Positions 11,345-25,703 of a DNA stretch of 64,000 bases are shown here, in pieces. Under the pieces are notes generated by a model, which was not told where the DNA came from, made no database searches, and saw nothing but the letters and a program-made list of their open reading frames with translations. The position numbers and the translations under genes were made by a program. The DNA comes from the human T2T-CHM13v2.0 reference genome, Homo sapiens, in NCBI RefSeq assembly GCF_009914755.1, contig NC_060925.1. One strand, given 5' to 3'. The stretch's first letter is position 1. Every line of letters starts with the position of its first letter.

Positions 11345-11756
11345 TTACATGTTCACAGATTTCTTACAGCAGCCCTGGGAAGCAGGCAGTCTTATTATGC
11401 TCATTTTACAGATGAATAAAGTGAGGTTCGCAGAAGATAAGTAACTTTGCCAAGGTCACACAGTAAATGAGGGTTGCCCCAGGAGATGGATTCAAGCTTA
11501 TATACCCCTGAAGTGTGTACTCCTATTTAAAACAATTTTTTTTGTTGTAAATCTCTGTGGGTACATAGTAAGTGTGTATATTTATGGATGTGCTCCTATT
11601 GTCTAGAGATAGTATAGCCTTCCAGCCCAGGTTGGTTTTTGGCCCACCAGACCTCCTTGCCAGAGAGGGGTTGGGGCAAGGACTTGACGCCTTCTTTCAA
11701 AGGTACACAGCTTTGATCTCTTTGCCTGCTGTGCTTCAGGTCTGTTTAGGTTAGGG

Positions 11757-12258
<502 letters not shown>

Positions 12259-13064
12259 CAGAGAATGTGGAACAGAGCTGTAGTCAACAGCCTTGTTTAT
12301 TCCCCTCCCGGGTGGCTCTGAAGACAGCAGCTGGAGAAAGTGAGAATTTTCAGCTGAGTATTGTTTTTTTAAATAGTTGTTGTTTTCTCATCACATTTGT
12401 TAGAAATGACTCCGGTCTGGCTTCAGAGAAACTGTATGAATTCCTTAATTGTTACACACTATTATTTTTTTTTTCACATTTGTGTGTAGCCTAAAAGAGA
12501 ATGAAAATAAACACAAATAAATCCAAATTACCACATTCAGCCTCTTAGCATCTTGTCTGTCTAGGGAAGAGTTGTGAGTATAATCCCCAATTCAGTCAAC
12601 ACACTTGAGCTTTGTCTTCTCAGTGCTGATCCTAGGCTGGGTTCCAAGGTACAGGCAGGGCCTCTGCCTGCCTGCTCCTGTATCAAGGGGACACAGACAG
12701 CTCTAACAATTAGAATTCAGCGTTTGAAGAGCTGGGGCCCCAGGGTTTGCTCTAACATGATCCTGGGCCTTTCCATTTCAAATTTCTCACCAGGGCACAG
12801 CCCTGAGTTTGAGTCCAGGCTCTGCCACTTACCAGCTGTGTGATCTTAGGCAAATCACTTGGCTTCGCTGGGCCTCAGATTCCTCCACTGTGGAATGAGA
12901 TAATAGTTCCCACCTTGCAGGCTTGTTGTGAAGATGGGGAAAGTGTATATAGTGCAGAGGTGCCCCTTATTTTCTGTGTGACCTTGAGCAAGTTAGCCTC
13001 TCTATGCGTTTCCTCCCTTGCAACATAGGGTTACTAAACAGCACATACCTCTTAGGGTTATTGA

Positions 13065-13697
<633 letters not shown>

Positions 13698-14353
13698 CCA
13701 GAGTTATATAAATCTTAATACAAGGCTGCATGATAGTAACCTCTCTAGGGTTCTTAGCTGTTAGTGCCTAGAGCATAGTGGATGCACAATAGATTGTGGC
13801 CACTGTTACGATTCATTTCCATCCTTAATTTGCAAGTAGCTCTGACCTTGCAAAGTCCTAAGGCTGCTTTTTTGTTTCTGGTTTCTAGTTACTTCAGGGT
13901 CTCCATTTCACTGATGCCTTCAAAGAGTTTGCAGTGGTGACTTTGGGTTGGTGCCCTTTCTGCCAATTTATCTGGTGTCTGAACCTGGGTTCCAGCCACT
14001 GCTCAGGTCTCCTGCTGTTTGCTCTTGGCCTGGTGTTGGCATTCTTTGTTCTGAGCTTCATGCCTTATTCTCAGAGCCCATCTCACTGGCATAGTCAGAC
14101 AGACCAGAGTGAAGTTTCCGTTCTGATACTCACTAGCTGGGTAACCTTAGACAAAGGATTTAATCCCAATTTTCTCACCTGTAAAATGGGGCTAATAATG
14201 CCTGTCTTACAGGGTTATCTAAAGATTAAATGCAATCATGTGTTTGTAAACATTCAGTATGATGTCTGCCACACAACAGGTGCTCAAATAATGTTTGTTT
14301 ACTTCTCTGTCTACTTCTCCCTATGGAATAAATTCCATAATCATTCTGAACTG

Positions 14354-14706
14354 GTGTCTTAGTCCATTTTGTGCTGCTGCAACAGAATACCTGAGTCTGT
14401 GTAAGTTATAATGAACAGAAAATTGGCTCATGGCTCTGGAGGCTGGGAAGTCCAAGACTGAGGAGCTGCATCTAGTGGAGGCCTTCTTGCTGCATAATTT
14501 CATGGTGGAAGGTGGTGGAGAGGGCAAGAGAGAGCAAGAGGTTGAACTCACAGCCTTGAGCCCTTTTATAATGGGCATTAATCCATTTATGGTGGTGGAG
14601 CCCTCATGACTTAAACACTTCCCATTAGGCCCCACCTCCCAACACTGTTGCATTGGGTATTAAATTACAACCCAAGCTTTTTGAGAGACACATTCAAACC
14701 ATAGCA
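14354..14706. mobile_element. MaLR LTR (MST-like)
   Basis: TGTCTTAGTCCATTTTGTGCTGC...ACATTCAAACCATAGCA. Confidence 0.8.
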
Positions 14707-14721
14707 ACTGATATACTGATC

Positions 14722-15021
<300 letters not shown>

Positions 15022-15236
15022 TGGTATACTGATCTTTAAAAGGGAGAAATAATCTTCCCTACTAGTTACCACAAAATATCTTCTCTCCTTGTCTTCATTA
15101 GTATTTTGATTTTATTGGGGGGTAGGAGGAACAGCAATGTACCCAAATAAAGACTACGTCTTCCCACCTCCCTCGCAACTAGGTGTCATCGTGGATCTAT
15201 ATTTTGGTCAATTATGAAAAAAGAAGTGTTTGGTGG

Positions 15237-15707
15237 TGTTATGGGTTGAATTGTGTCCTTGTAAAATGTTATTTTTAAGTCCTAACCTCCAGTGCCACAG
15301 AATGTGACCTTATTTGGAAACAGGACTTTGCAGAGGTAATCAAATTTAAATGGGGTCATTAGGATGGACCCTAATCCCATATGATAAGCATCCTTATTAA
15401 AAGGGGAAATTTGGACCCAGAGACAAACACATATAGAGGGAAGATCATATGAAGACACACAGGGAGAAGACGGCCATGTGACTGGAGTGATGCATTACGA
15501 GCCAAGGAACGCCAAGGATTGCCAGCTAACACCATAGGCTAGAAGAAGCAAGGAAAGATTCTCTCCTAGAGCCATCAGAGAGAACATGGCCCTGCCAACT
15601 CCTTGACTCCAGACTCCTAGCCTCCATAACTGGAGACAATACATTTCTGTTATTTTAAGCCACTCATTTTTGGTACTTTGTTATGGCATCCCTAAGAAAT
15701 TAATACT
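15237..15707. mobile_element. MaLR LTR (MLT1B/C-like)
   Basis: TGTTATGGGTTGAATTGTGTCC...TTTGTTATGGCATCCCTAAGAAATTAATAC. Confidence 0.8.
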
Positions 15708-16503
15708 GGTGGAATTTTGGGAAGCCTGAATAAAATGATGAACAGGAAAGTATTTTTCAAACTCTCCAGTTCTATGTACTAATAAGGCATTTTTATTATT
15801 GCAACGTTTGTGACTATGATTACTCTTGGTTTATGAAGAATAGATTGACTTGGCTGACATGATTCTGACTAGAGATCAGAAGATTTTTATCCTGCTTCTG
15901 CTCCATGTTCTTGAGGGCTCAGCACAGCAATCATAGATGCTACAACAGCAGTAGCATGAGAGACAAGCAGAAGAGAAGCTACCAGCTTTTGGGTTGGATG
16001 CTGGCAGGATGAGTGTGTAACTTTTGTTTAGCTGGGGCCAGAATTCTCAGCCACTGATTGGCAGTCAAGCATAAAGGTTAAAGGTCAGAATTGGCTTGTA
16101 TTTAAATCTAGTCTTCACCTTTACTTGCTGTGTGATCCTGGGCAAGTTATTGAACTTTTCTGAGCTTTATATTCCTCATCTGTAAAATGAGAACAAATGT
16201 GGCTCCTGTGACATAGGGTTGTCATGGAGTTTCAATGACATCACATAACAAGCAGGGAAAAAAGAAAAAGCCACAGCCTATCTGTACTCAGTCCAGGGTG
16301 CAGATTTTTCTGCTCTGATTACTTACTCTTGATAGATTCCAAATGGACAGACTGGATTCTGGCTCGTTTCTTCTTACCTCTATTGATTCATTCAGTAAAC
16401 ATATTGAATGTACCTATTATGTGCCTACTAGGTGATGAAAAAAGCTGGTAGGGCAGACCCAGACCATGACATCCAAATGCAGACAGCTCAGAGAATGATT
16501 TAA

Positions 16504-16840
<337 letters not shown>

Positions 16841-17233
16841 CTCTCAGTATAATCTTTTAGGGTTTCTGCCATGGCCGTCCTAATCTACCCTTCCTGATTG
16901 GTAGATACTTGTTCTCATACTATGTTGCAAATGACTATTAATCTCAAAGAAAGGTCCTGCAAATGACTGTCCTATAAAGCTGCCTCCTGAAATACTACTC
17001 CTATGCATAGAAAACAAGATGGTTCCAGGCAGAAGGGCCCAGAGAAATCAGTCTGAAACCTCTCAGTTCACAGGGGGAAATCAAGCCAGGCAGAAGTGAC
17101 CCAGATCCAGTTAGGGTGACTCAGCCAAGGACACCCAGCAATTATATGTCCCAGCTGGGTAGGGAGCAGAAAATGGCTCTCCTGCTTCTGGTCCCTGCCC
17201 CACACCATTTGTGTACTGAGCATGTTCTAACTA

Positions 17234-18112
<879 letters not shown>

Positions 18113-18930
18113 TCAGCTTTTGAGTAACACAGCTATTGAATCTTCCTCAGCATTCTTGTCTATGCCAGGCACCAGGCTCTTGAGCAGGGTATTCAGTCCT
18201 TGCCCTTGGGAAATCACAAACTAGATGCAAAGTGTAACCAAACAAGAAGTGTAAAATAACAACAGGAATCTCACGCTATGGGTAACAAGAACCAAATGAG
18301 TGAGGGGTCCAGACAGACTAAATGCTGTGTTCCTTGGGGCCAGGCAAGTCATGGAAGGTTCAACAGAGGTGACATTATACAGGACTTTGATGGGTGAGCA
18401 GCAGCTTTCGGTATAGAAGAAATGCTTTGAGTTGAGGAAGTCCGGGAAAGCTTCTTGGAGAAGGAGACACATTTCTATTGAGAGATGAGTAAGAGTTTGC
18501 CGGGTTCACAGGATGGGATAAAGGGAGGGATTGCCCTGAACTGGGAAAGTCACAAAAAGGTTCTCTGAAGACATTTTAGATGCGTTTTGAGTTGGAGTCG
18601 GGGAAGATGCCTGGAAGAGGCAATTAAATAAAAAGAATTTTATTACAAAAGTAATACAAGGACATGTCATTGGAACCGGGTTTCGAGAGATGAGTGAGCA
18701 GTTCCTGACGCAGACAAGAGCTGGACCACGAAGTAAGTTGAGGCAGAGGCAGAAAAGGCTTCCTGGTCCTGCCCACTCTCTAAGACCTAAGATGCAGGGT
18801 CTAAGTGTCTCACCTGCGTGGCGGCGGCCCTGTAGTTCTGACTTCCAGCGTGAGGTAGCCACCGCCAGGCCTCCGGGGGAGAAGACTACAGTAAGGGCGA
18901 GCAGAGCTGAATGCTTTATGTCGGAATCGA

Positions 18931-19022
18931 CCAATGGGATGGCGGCACCCGGTTGCCAGGGCTACGGCCAAGCGGAGGTAGGGCCTCGGCACTATGGGCG
19001 GGGCCTGGGCGGGGTTATATAA
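18931..19022 (+). promoter_or_regulatory. AZIN2: Core promoter: CCAAT (18931), X-box-like (18952-18965), two GC boxes (GGGCGGGG), TATATAA (19016-19022)
   Basis: Motifs read directly in canonical spacing; TSS expected at about 19045-19050. Confidence 0.8.
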
Positions 19023-19045
19023 GCCAGCGGCGGGCGGAAGGCGGG

Positions 19046-19187
19046 GCGTGGGGGTCTGTGGCTGCTGGGCTGGCGGGGCGCAGGCCGCGGGACCCGAGCC
19101 CGGGGAAGCGAGAGAGCGGAGGCGCCGAGGATCCGATTCACTCCCTGGGGAGACCTATGGGCCGAAGCCGTGTAAATGCGTTTTAAG
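19046..19187 (+). other. AZIN2: AZIN2 5'UTR exon 1 (start approximate), GC splice donor
   Basis: About 25-30 nt downstream of TATA; ends AAG|GCGAGT (GC-AG donor with strong flanks). Confidence 0.65.
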
Positions 19188-19280
19188 GCGAGTGCGGAAA
19201 GTGGCCTGGGGAGCCTCGGGGAGCGGACGCCCTCCGCCCTGGTGCTGACCTGCCTCCCTGCCCCTTCTGCCTCCTGTCAG

Positions 19281-19401
19281 CAGAGGCCTCGGCTCCGCAA
19301 CTGCCACTCCTCCTCGGGGTGTTGCACAAGTTTCGAGGTCACCGGCGACCCCCCCTAGCAGCGCGCCTGGCTCTGGCCCCCGCGAAGGAGGACGGAGTTT
19401 G
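19281..19401 (+). other. AZIN2: AZIN2 5'UTR exon 2
   Basis: Branch-like CTGAC, pyrimidine tract, CAG|CAG acceptor; donor TTG|GTAAGG. Confidence 0.7.
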
Positions 19402-19493
19402 GTAAGGGGCCCTGGGGGTTGGGGGGACCTCAGCCCTGCACTCTGTAGGAGTCACTCGGACAGAAAAAACCTCGGCCTTCCGTTCTCTCCCAG

Positions 19494-19705
19494 GAGCTTG
19501 CGGCCCCCACCCACCGCGTGGCGTCCCCAGGCACGCCTAGAATTCTAGCACCTCAGGATCAGTCCAGCCCCCATTTACAATTGGGGAAACTGCGGCTCCG
19601 AAAGGGTCAGAGGGTACCCGAGGTCAAGCAGTAGAGAGCGGACTCGAACTTAAGCTCTTGCTCTTAGGCTGAGACGCCTTGATGTGGCCACCGGCTACCC
19701 TCTAG
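19494..19705 (+). other. AZIN2: Candidate AZIN2 5'UTR cassette exon (partly MIR-like)
   Basis: Acceptor CCTTCCGTTCTCTCCCAG|, donor TAG|GTGGGC; MIR-like CCCCATTTACAATTGGGGAAACTG. Confidence 0.4.
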
Positions 19706-20142
19706 GTGGGCGTGGTCAAGACTGGGGGCGCCCTGGAAACTTCCCCACCCAAGTTTCTCAGATTTTCTGTTCCATCTCTCTCTCACTCTTTCCTGAAATC
19801 CAGAATTTCAGAACTGGGAAGGCTCTCCAAAACAATTCATCCATTTTACAGAGGGAGCAACTGACTCGGAGAGGCAGTGACATTTGGGCATACGGTGCCT
19901 TGTCTCCGTCTGAAATCCGGGATTCTTGACTTTCTCCACCCTTGCCCAGTGAACCCCGGGCTTGTGCTGGGGGCGGGTTGTGACGGGATTGGGATCCCTG
20001 GCCTCGGGAGGCGAGTGGGGCAGCAGAGCCGGCCCCCCAGCGGTTCCCTTCATCTCCCCTCGCCCCGCAGTGTGTTGCATACTTTCTAAGGCGGCGGCTG
20101 CAGCAGCGGCTCCATCCAGCCCGTCAGCTCCTCCTGCAAGGC

Positions 20143-20247
20143 ATGGCTGGCTACCTGAGTGAATCGGACTTTGTGATGGTGGAGGAGGGCTTCAGTACCC
20201 GAGACCTGCTGAAGGAACTCACTCTGGGGGCCTCACAGGCCACCACG
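20143..20247 (+). CDS. AZIN2: AZIN2 coding exon 1 (exon begins at 20071); MAGYLSESDF...SQATT
   Basis: Acceptor CCCCGCAG|20071; strong Kozak GGCATGG; donor ACG|GTGAGG; 105 nt. Confidence 0.95.
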
Positions 20248-21846
20248 GTGAGGGGCTGGGAATGGGGGTGGGTCCCCGGTCCCCTGTACAGATCAGCTGC
20301 CTCCTCAGGAAGGGTCCCTAGGGCCCTCATCTTATCCTTTCGCTTATTTGGTACGCAATCCTTGCTATTTGCAAGAGAGGGGCTCAATTTATCCCCAATT
20401 CTTTGTCCTTGCCCCCAAACCTGCCCCTCCTATGTTGCCTTTTTACCCAGCCCTCCAAGGTCAGAAACGGGGGATTCCTTTCCTGCTGCCCCCTCTCCCT
20501 CACCGCCCACATCTAGGCATTACCAAGCTCTGTGAATTCTGCCTCCTTAAATAAGCCTCCAGTGTGCTTATGTGGAACCTCGCTTTCTAGTTCAGTCTTC
20601 CTCTCTCCAAAGGCCCCCTGATCTCCCGGTCTCATGCCACCCCCTCCAAAGGTATCATAGTCCTGTTCAAAATCTGAATTTGGCAATTCTCCACTGCCTA
20701 CAGGATCAAGTCAGAGCTTCCCTGCCTCCATAGCCCCATTCCCAGCTTTCCCCACAGTATATATTATGCTCCTTCGGAGCTGAATGACTCAATTTGCATT
20801 TCCCAATGATGCTGTGTGCCCAATGATGCTATTACCATGCCTTTGCCCAGGCTGTTCCTTCTGCCTGCAGCATCCTTCTCTCAGCCTCTCCCCTCTTTAC
20901 CCCTTTCTAGTCATTCCTTGCTTCTCATCAGTGTTGCCTTTCCTGATCGCCCCAGGCAGATTTTCTATTTTCTTTCTCCATGCCCCTGCATTGCACCTTG
21001 TAGAAACTGCCATCTAACATCTGCTGAATGGACTTGTAAGTACTTAAGGGGTTCCTTTTCTTCCAGACCCAAGCTCCTTCAGAACAACAGTACTGTTTGG
21101 TCATCTCTGTCCCTTAGCATAACGTTTGGCACCAAGTGGGCATGAGTAAAAAAGTGTTGCATGAAAGGGAAACTGAGTCCCAGGGAAGCAACTCTGGAAG
21201 GGTCCCTTCCACATTTAAGTAATGTGGTCTCACCCACAGCCTCATACATGTTTGGCCTTTAGCACATCTACAATGAACAGTTGTCCATAGGGATAGGTTG
21301 CAGTGTCAGTGGGACTAGCTTAAGGCTTCATTGAGCACCTGTGTTTGGAAGGCAGTGAGCTGTAGGTCATAGCTTCTGCCTTTAGGGAGTTTACCCTTTT
21401 CTAGAATGGACAGATGCATATGCAGTTCTGATACCTTGGAAGCATATGCAAATGCAGTGGGAGCATTTAAAAGCAGAGTTGCCTTATTGGTTTGGGGAAG
21501 GTGGCATTTGAGTGAAACTTTAAGGATTTTGCCAGACACAGGAGTGGGGAGGGTATTCTGCAGGACATGGTGGGAACAAAGGTTTGAAGGTGGGAAAATG
21601 ATCCAGCCTACAGCTGGAGTTTTAGCCGCATTGAGGGGAGGGATTGGGGCTAGATCAGAGCCTTGAATGCCAGGCTGAGGAGTTTGCCTTCTGCCCTGTA
21701 GGCTTGGGGAGGCCCAGAAAACTTAGCAGCAGGGTAGCTCTGTGGCCAGTACTGAACCTGGGTCAGGTACTTGGAAGGATCACGGATGGCATGCACAGGG
21801 TGCGAGCTGGATGGGGTCTCACATTCATCCACTTCTTGTCATTCAG

Positions 21847-22020
21847 GACGAGGTAGCTGCCTTCTTCGTGGCTGACCTGGGTGCCATAGTGAGGAAGCAC
21901 TTTTGCTTTCTGAAGTGCCTGCCACGAGTCCGGCCCTTTTATGCTGTCAAGTGCAACAGCAGCCCAGGTGTGCTGAAGGTTCTGGCCCAGCTGGGGCTGG
22001 GCTTTAGCTGTGCCAACAAG
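21847..22020 (+). CDS. AZIN2: AZIN2 coding exon 2 ([12 protein letters not shown]...PFYAVKCN...GFSCANK)
   Basis: ODC-family PLP-lysine motif PFYAVKCN; AG/GT borders; 174 nt. Confidence 0.97.
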
Positions 22021-22487
22021 GTGAGCCCTGCCCGCACGGTGCACTGACCCTCCATGCCCACTGAACACACACATGGCCAGGCTAGTCCAGGTGGGCTCTG
22101 GGGAGCAAGAGGTACCTGTAGTTGGTCCTTGCCCTCTGGGAAGACCACCCACTCAGGAGGGGTCTCAAGGGATGAGGGAGGGAGAAACGAGCATGGAATT
22201 TGTCAGCCTTGAAGTTCCAGATTGGAATCTTCTTTGTCCCTGGTAGAAAGCTCATCTTTTTAATGGAGATTTGCAAATTTGTTTGGCACAGAGCTATACA
22301 TGATGTTCTTCTAATTAAAACAAAAGCGTCTCCATATTGTTGGTTTCTTTTCTTTTTCCTTTTATAATCATAATAATGTGTGGCGGTGCATTTTCTTAAC
22401 TAGTCCTTGTAGTTTTGTTGTTGCCACCAATTCTGTCTTTCTAATTTGATTTCTGCTGTTGTCTTCATTCCCTCCTGCTCTCTTTAG

Positions 22488-22793
22488 ATTTATTTTTTTC
22501 ATTTTTTGAGATGGTGTCTTGCTCTGTCACCCAGGCTGGAGTGCAGTGTTGCCATCTTGGCTCACTGCAACCTTCGCCTCCCGGGTTCAAGTGATTCTCC
22601 TGCCCTCAGCCTCCCGAGTAGATGGGATTACAGGTGCACACCACCGTACCTGGCTAATTTTTTGGTATTTTCAGTAGAGACAGGATTTCAGCATGTTGGC
22701 CAGGTTGATCTCAAACTCCTGAACTCAGGTGATCCACCCGCCTCAGCCTCCTAAAGTGCTGGGTTTACAGCCGTGAGCCACCGCGCATAGCCA
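22488..22793 (-). mobile_element. Alu
   Basis: Antisense Alu, flanking repeat CTTTAGATT. Confidence 0.88.
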
Positions 22794-25025
22794 CTTTAGA
22801 TTAACTTTACTTATCTACTGTCATTCAGTATCTACTGAACTCCTACAGCGTGTAGTCACTGTGCTAGGCAGGGCTAGCAATACAGAATTGATAGACTGCT
22901 GTCCTTGAGTTGAATGCTTAGTTTATTTATTTCTATTCTGTCCTTGCTAGATAAAAGCATTTAAGCTATAAAGTTTCAACTAAGTAGAGCTGAAAGTATC
23001 TCATTTATTGATTCAGCAAATATTAATTGGGCATCTCTTCTGAGGCCAAGCATTATTCTAGGTGGGGATTTGGCAGTGAACAAAATAAAACAACAAAAGC
23101 CCTTCCTTCATGGAGCTTGTTTACAAAAAAAAAAAAAAAGATGAAATAAAGAAAATATTTAGTATTTTAGATGGAAAATGCTGTAGAGAGAAAGCAGGAA
23201 AGGGAAGTAAGGAATGTTGGGAGAGAGGATTGTACTTTTAGATAGTTTGGCCAGGGAATGGTTCACTGAGATTTGAATACAGACCCAAAAGAGCCAAGGG
23301 ATCAAGCCAGGTAGATAACCAGGGAAAGGGCATTTCAGGCAGCAGGAACAGCAGGTGCAAAGGCCCTGAGGTGGGAGCAAGTCCAGTGGGCACTGCTTTG
23401 TGATATTGTCATTAGCACTATTTTCTTGGTGGTTAGTAATGGTTGCGTAATATGGCTGGATGTTGTGAGGAGAGTTCTAGAAAGGACTCCTGGAGTCCTG
23501 GGCAGGATGACAGGGCTGGAGCGACTCCAGGTTGGGGAGAGGTGTGCACTTGGCCGGGATGGTCAGAATGAGCAGGTTAACCTGTAGCAGGGACCGAATG
23601 TTAATGCCTTTCATGGTAGATGAGGTGCTTCCTCTTATCTTTGGGCTAGTTCATGCTTTGCACACCTCGTTTTGTGCATGTCTTCCACGAAGCTCTGTGA
23701 GGCACACAGTGGGAGAGACTGCCGTTCTACAGTTGAGGAAACCATGGGGTCAGCCATCTGTGGGTAGCAGAGCCAGGACGTCCTCGTTTCCCACTTCTTC
23801 CTGCGGTGCCCTGGGCCTCCACGTGGGATGAAAAGGAGCAGGATCCTTTCAGTCCCCGAGGTCTAGGGTGAAGAACAGGACCAAACCCCACTGCCTAGAG
23901 TTTTCTGCTTCAGGAACCCCAGGGGGAGGAGCTTGGTTCTGTAGAAGAAAGGGCAGAGTGAGGTGTTAAGGCTGAGAGAGACCTTGATGACAGCGGGGAC
24001 TGGAGAAGCATCTGCCCTTTGCTGAGTGTGTCTGTTGTGTCAGGTACTTTGCCAAGTGTTTTCTGTACACGATCTCATTTTATTCTCACAACAGCCCTGT
24101 GAGGTAATTACTATTTTTTTTAATGGGGATTCTGACCGTAGCCTGGTGAGGACACATTTAACGTATAAGGAAATGAGAGATGGAGGTTCCGCATCAGGGT
24201 GGTGGCAGCTTGAGTCCTGCTGAGTTGCCTTGGACTCTGTTTTTTCCAAGGTGGCTGGGGAGAGGATGGCTGAGCTGGGATTCAGCCAGTGATGGATGCC
24301 CTCAGCCAACTGCAGGGGCGAGGAGAGACTTAAGCCCCCTCCCTGTGATGGGATCATGCAGACCCTTTGGTGCGCTTCTGGAGAGGTGGCTCCCCGACTT
24401 ACAGCTTTTCTTGGAAGGCCAAGGCTGCCCTCTTCTGGTCGTCTGTAGTGGGTGGCCATGCTTAACAGCGTTGTGCCTTAGTGGACACTGACCAAGGGCC
24501 TGGCGTAAGCTAGGGCTGGATGTGCAGACAGACATGCGTTGGACGGGGGCCAGGGCCACAGCTTGCTCGGGGACTCTGGTCTACCCAGCCACCTGCCCGA
24601 GGACCACTGTATCATCTCTCCTGTCCCAATCGCTTGCCCTCTGTCTCCCTCAGCATCCTCCCATCTTAAAAAGCCTTTGCTGGGCAGCACATCCTCTTCC
24701 AGCCCAATCCCTTGCTCTCTTTTCGTGACCAAACTCAACCAAGTTGTCTGCACTTGCCTGTCTGCCCCCATTTTTTCTTTCCTTCAGTACTCCTTCCTTA
24801 AGCCATTGCTTCCCAGCCTCCACTTTCACTACTCCAAAGAATTTTCTCTTACCAACATCCCCAGTGAGCACTTACCAACATCCAGTGAGCACTTTACTTT
24901 AAACATGGATTGTGAACTAATAATACATGCAAATAACACATTGATTCATTCACCCCAAAAGAAACTAGGACATCAGCTTTATGTCTCCATAGATAATCAC
25001 CAGGATGGTTTTGGTGGATATGTAG

Positions 25026-25703
<678 letters not shown>

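Larger units (their letters stand above)
18815..20250. promoter_or_regulatory. AZIN2: CpG island, AZIN2 promoter
   Basis: Dense CpG and high GC content against a CpG-depleted background. Confidence 0.9.

Noticed and set aside
19600-19690. Faint resemblance to the AZIN1 upstream conserved coding region (GTAGAGAGC...GCTGAGACGCCTTG)
   Set aside because: Better explained as MIR-derived sequence; no PPW or continuous frame
24850-24892. Short tandem duplications (also at about 31947-31980 and 61322-61380)
   Set aside because: Ordinary slippage duplications of about 20 bp
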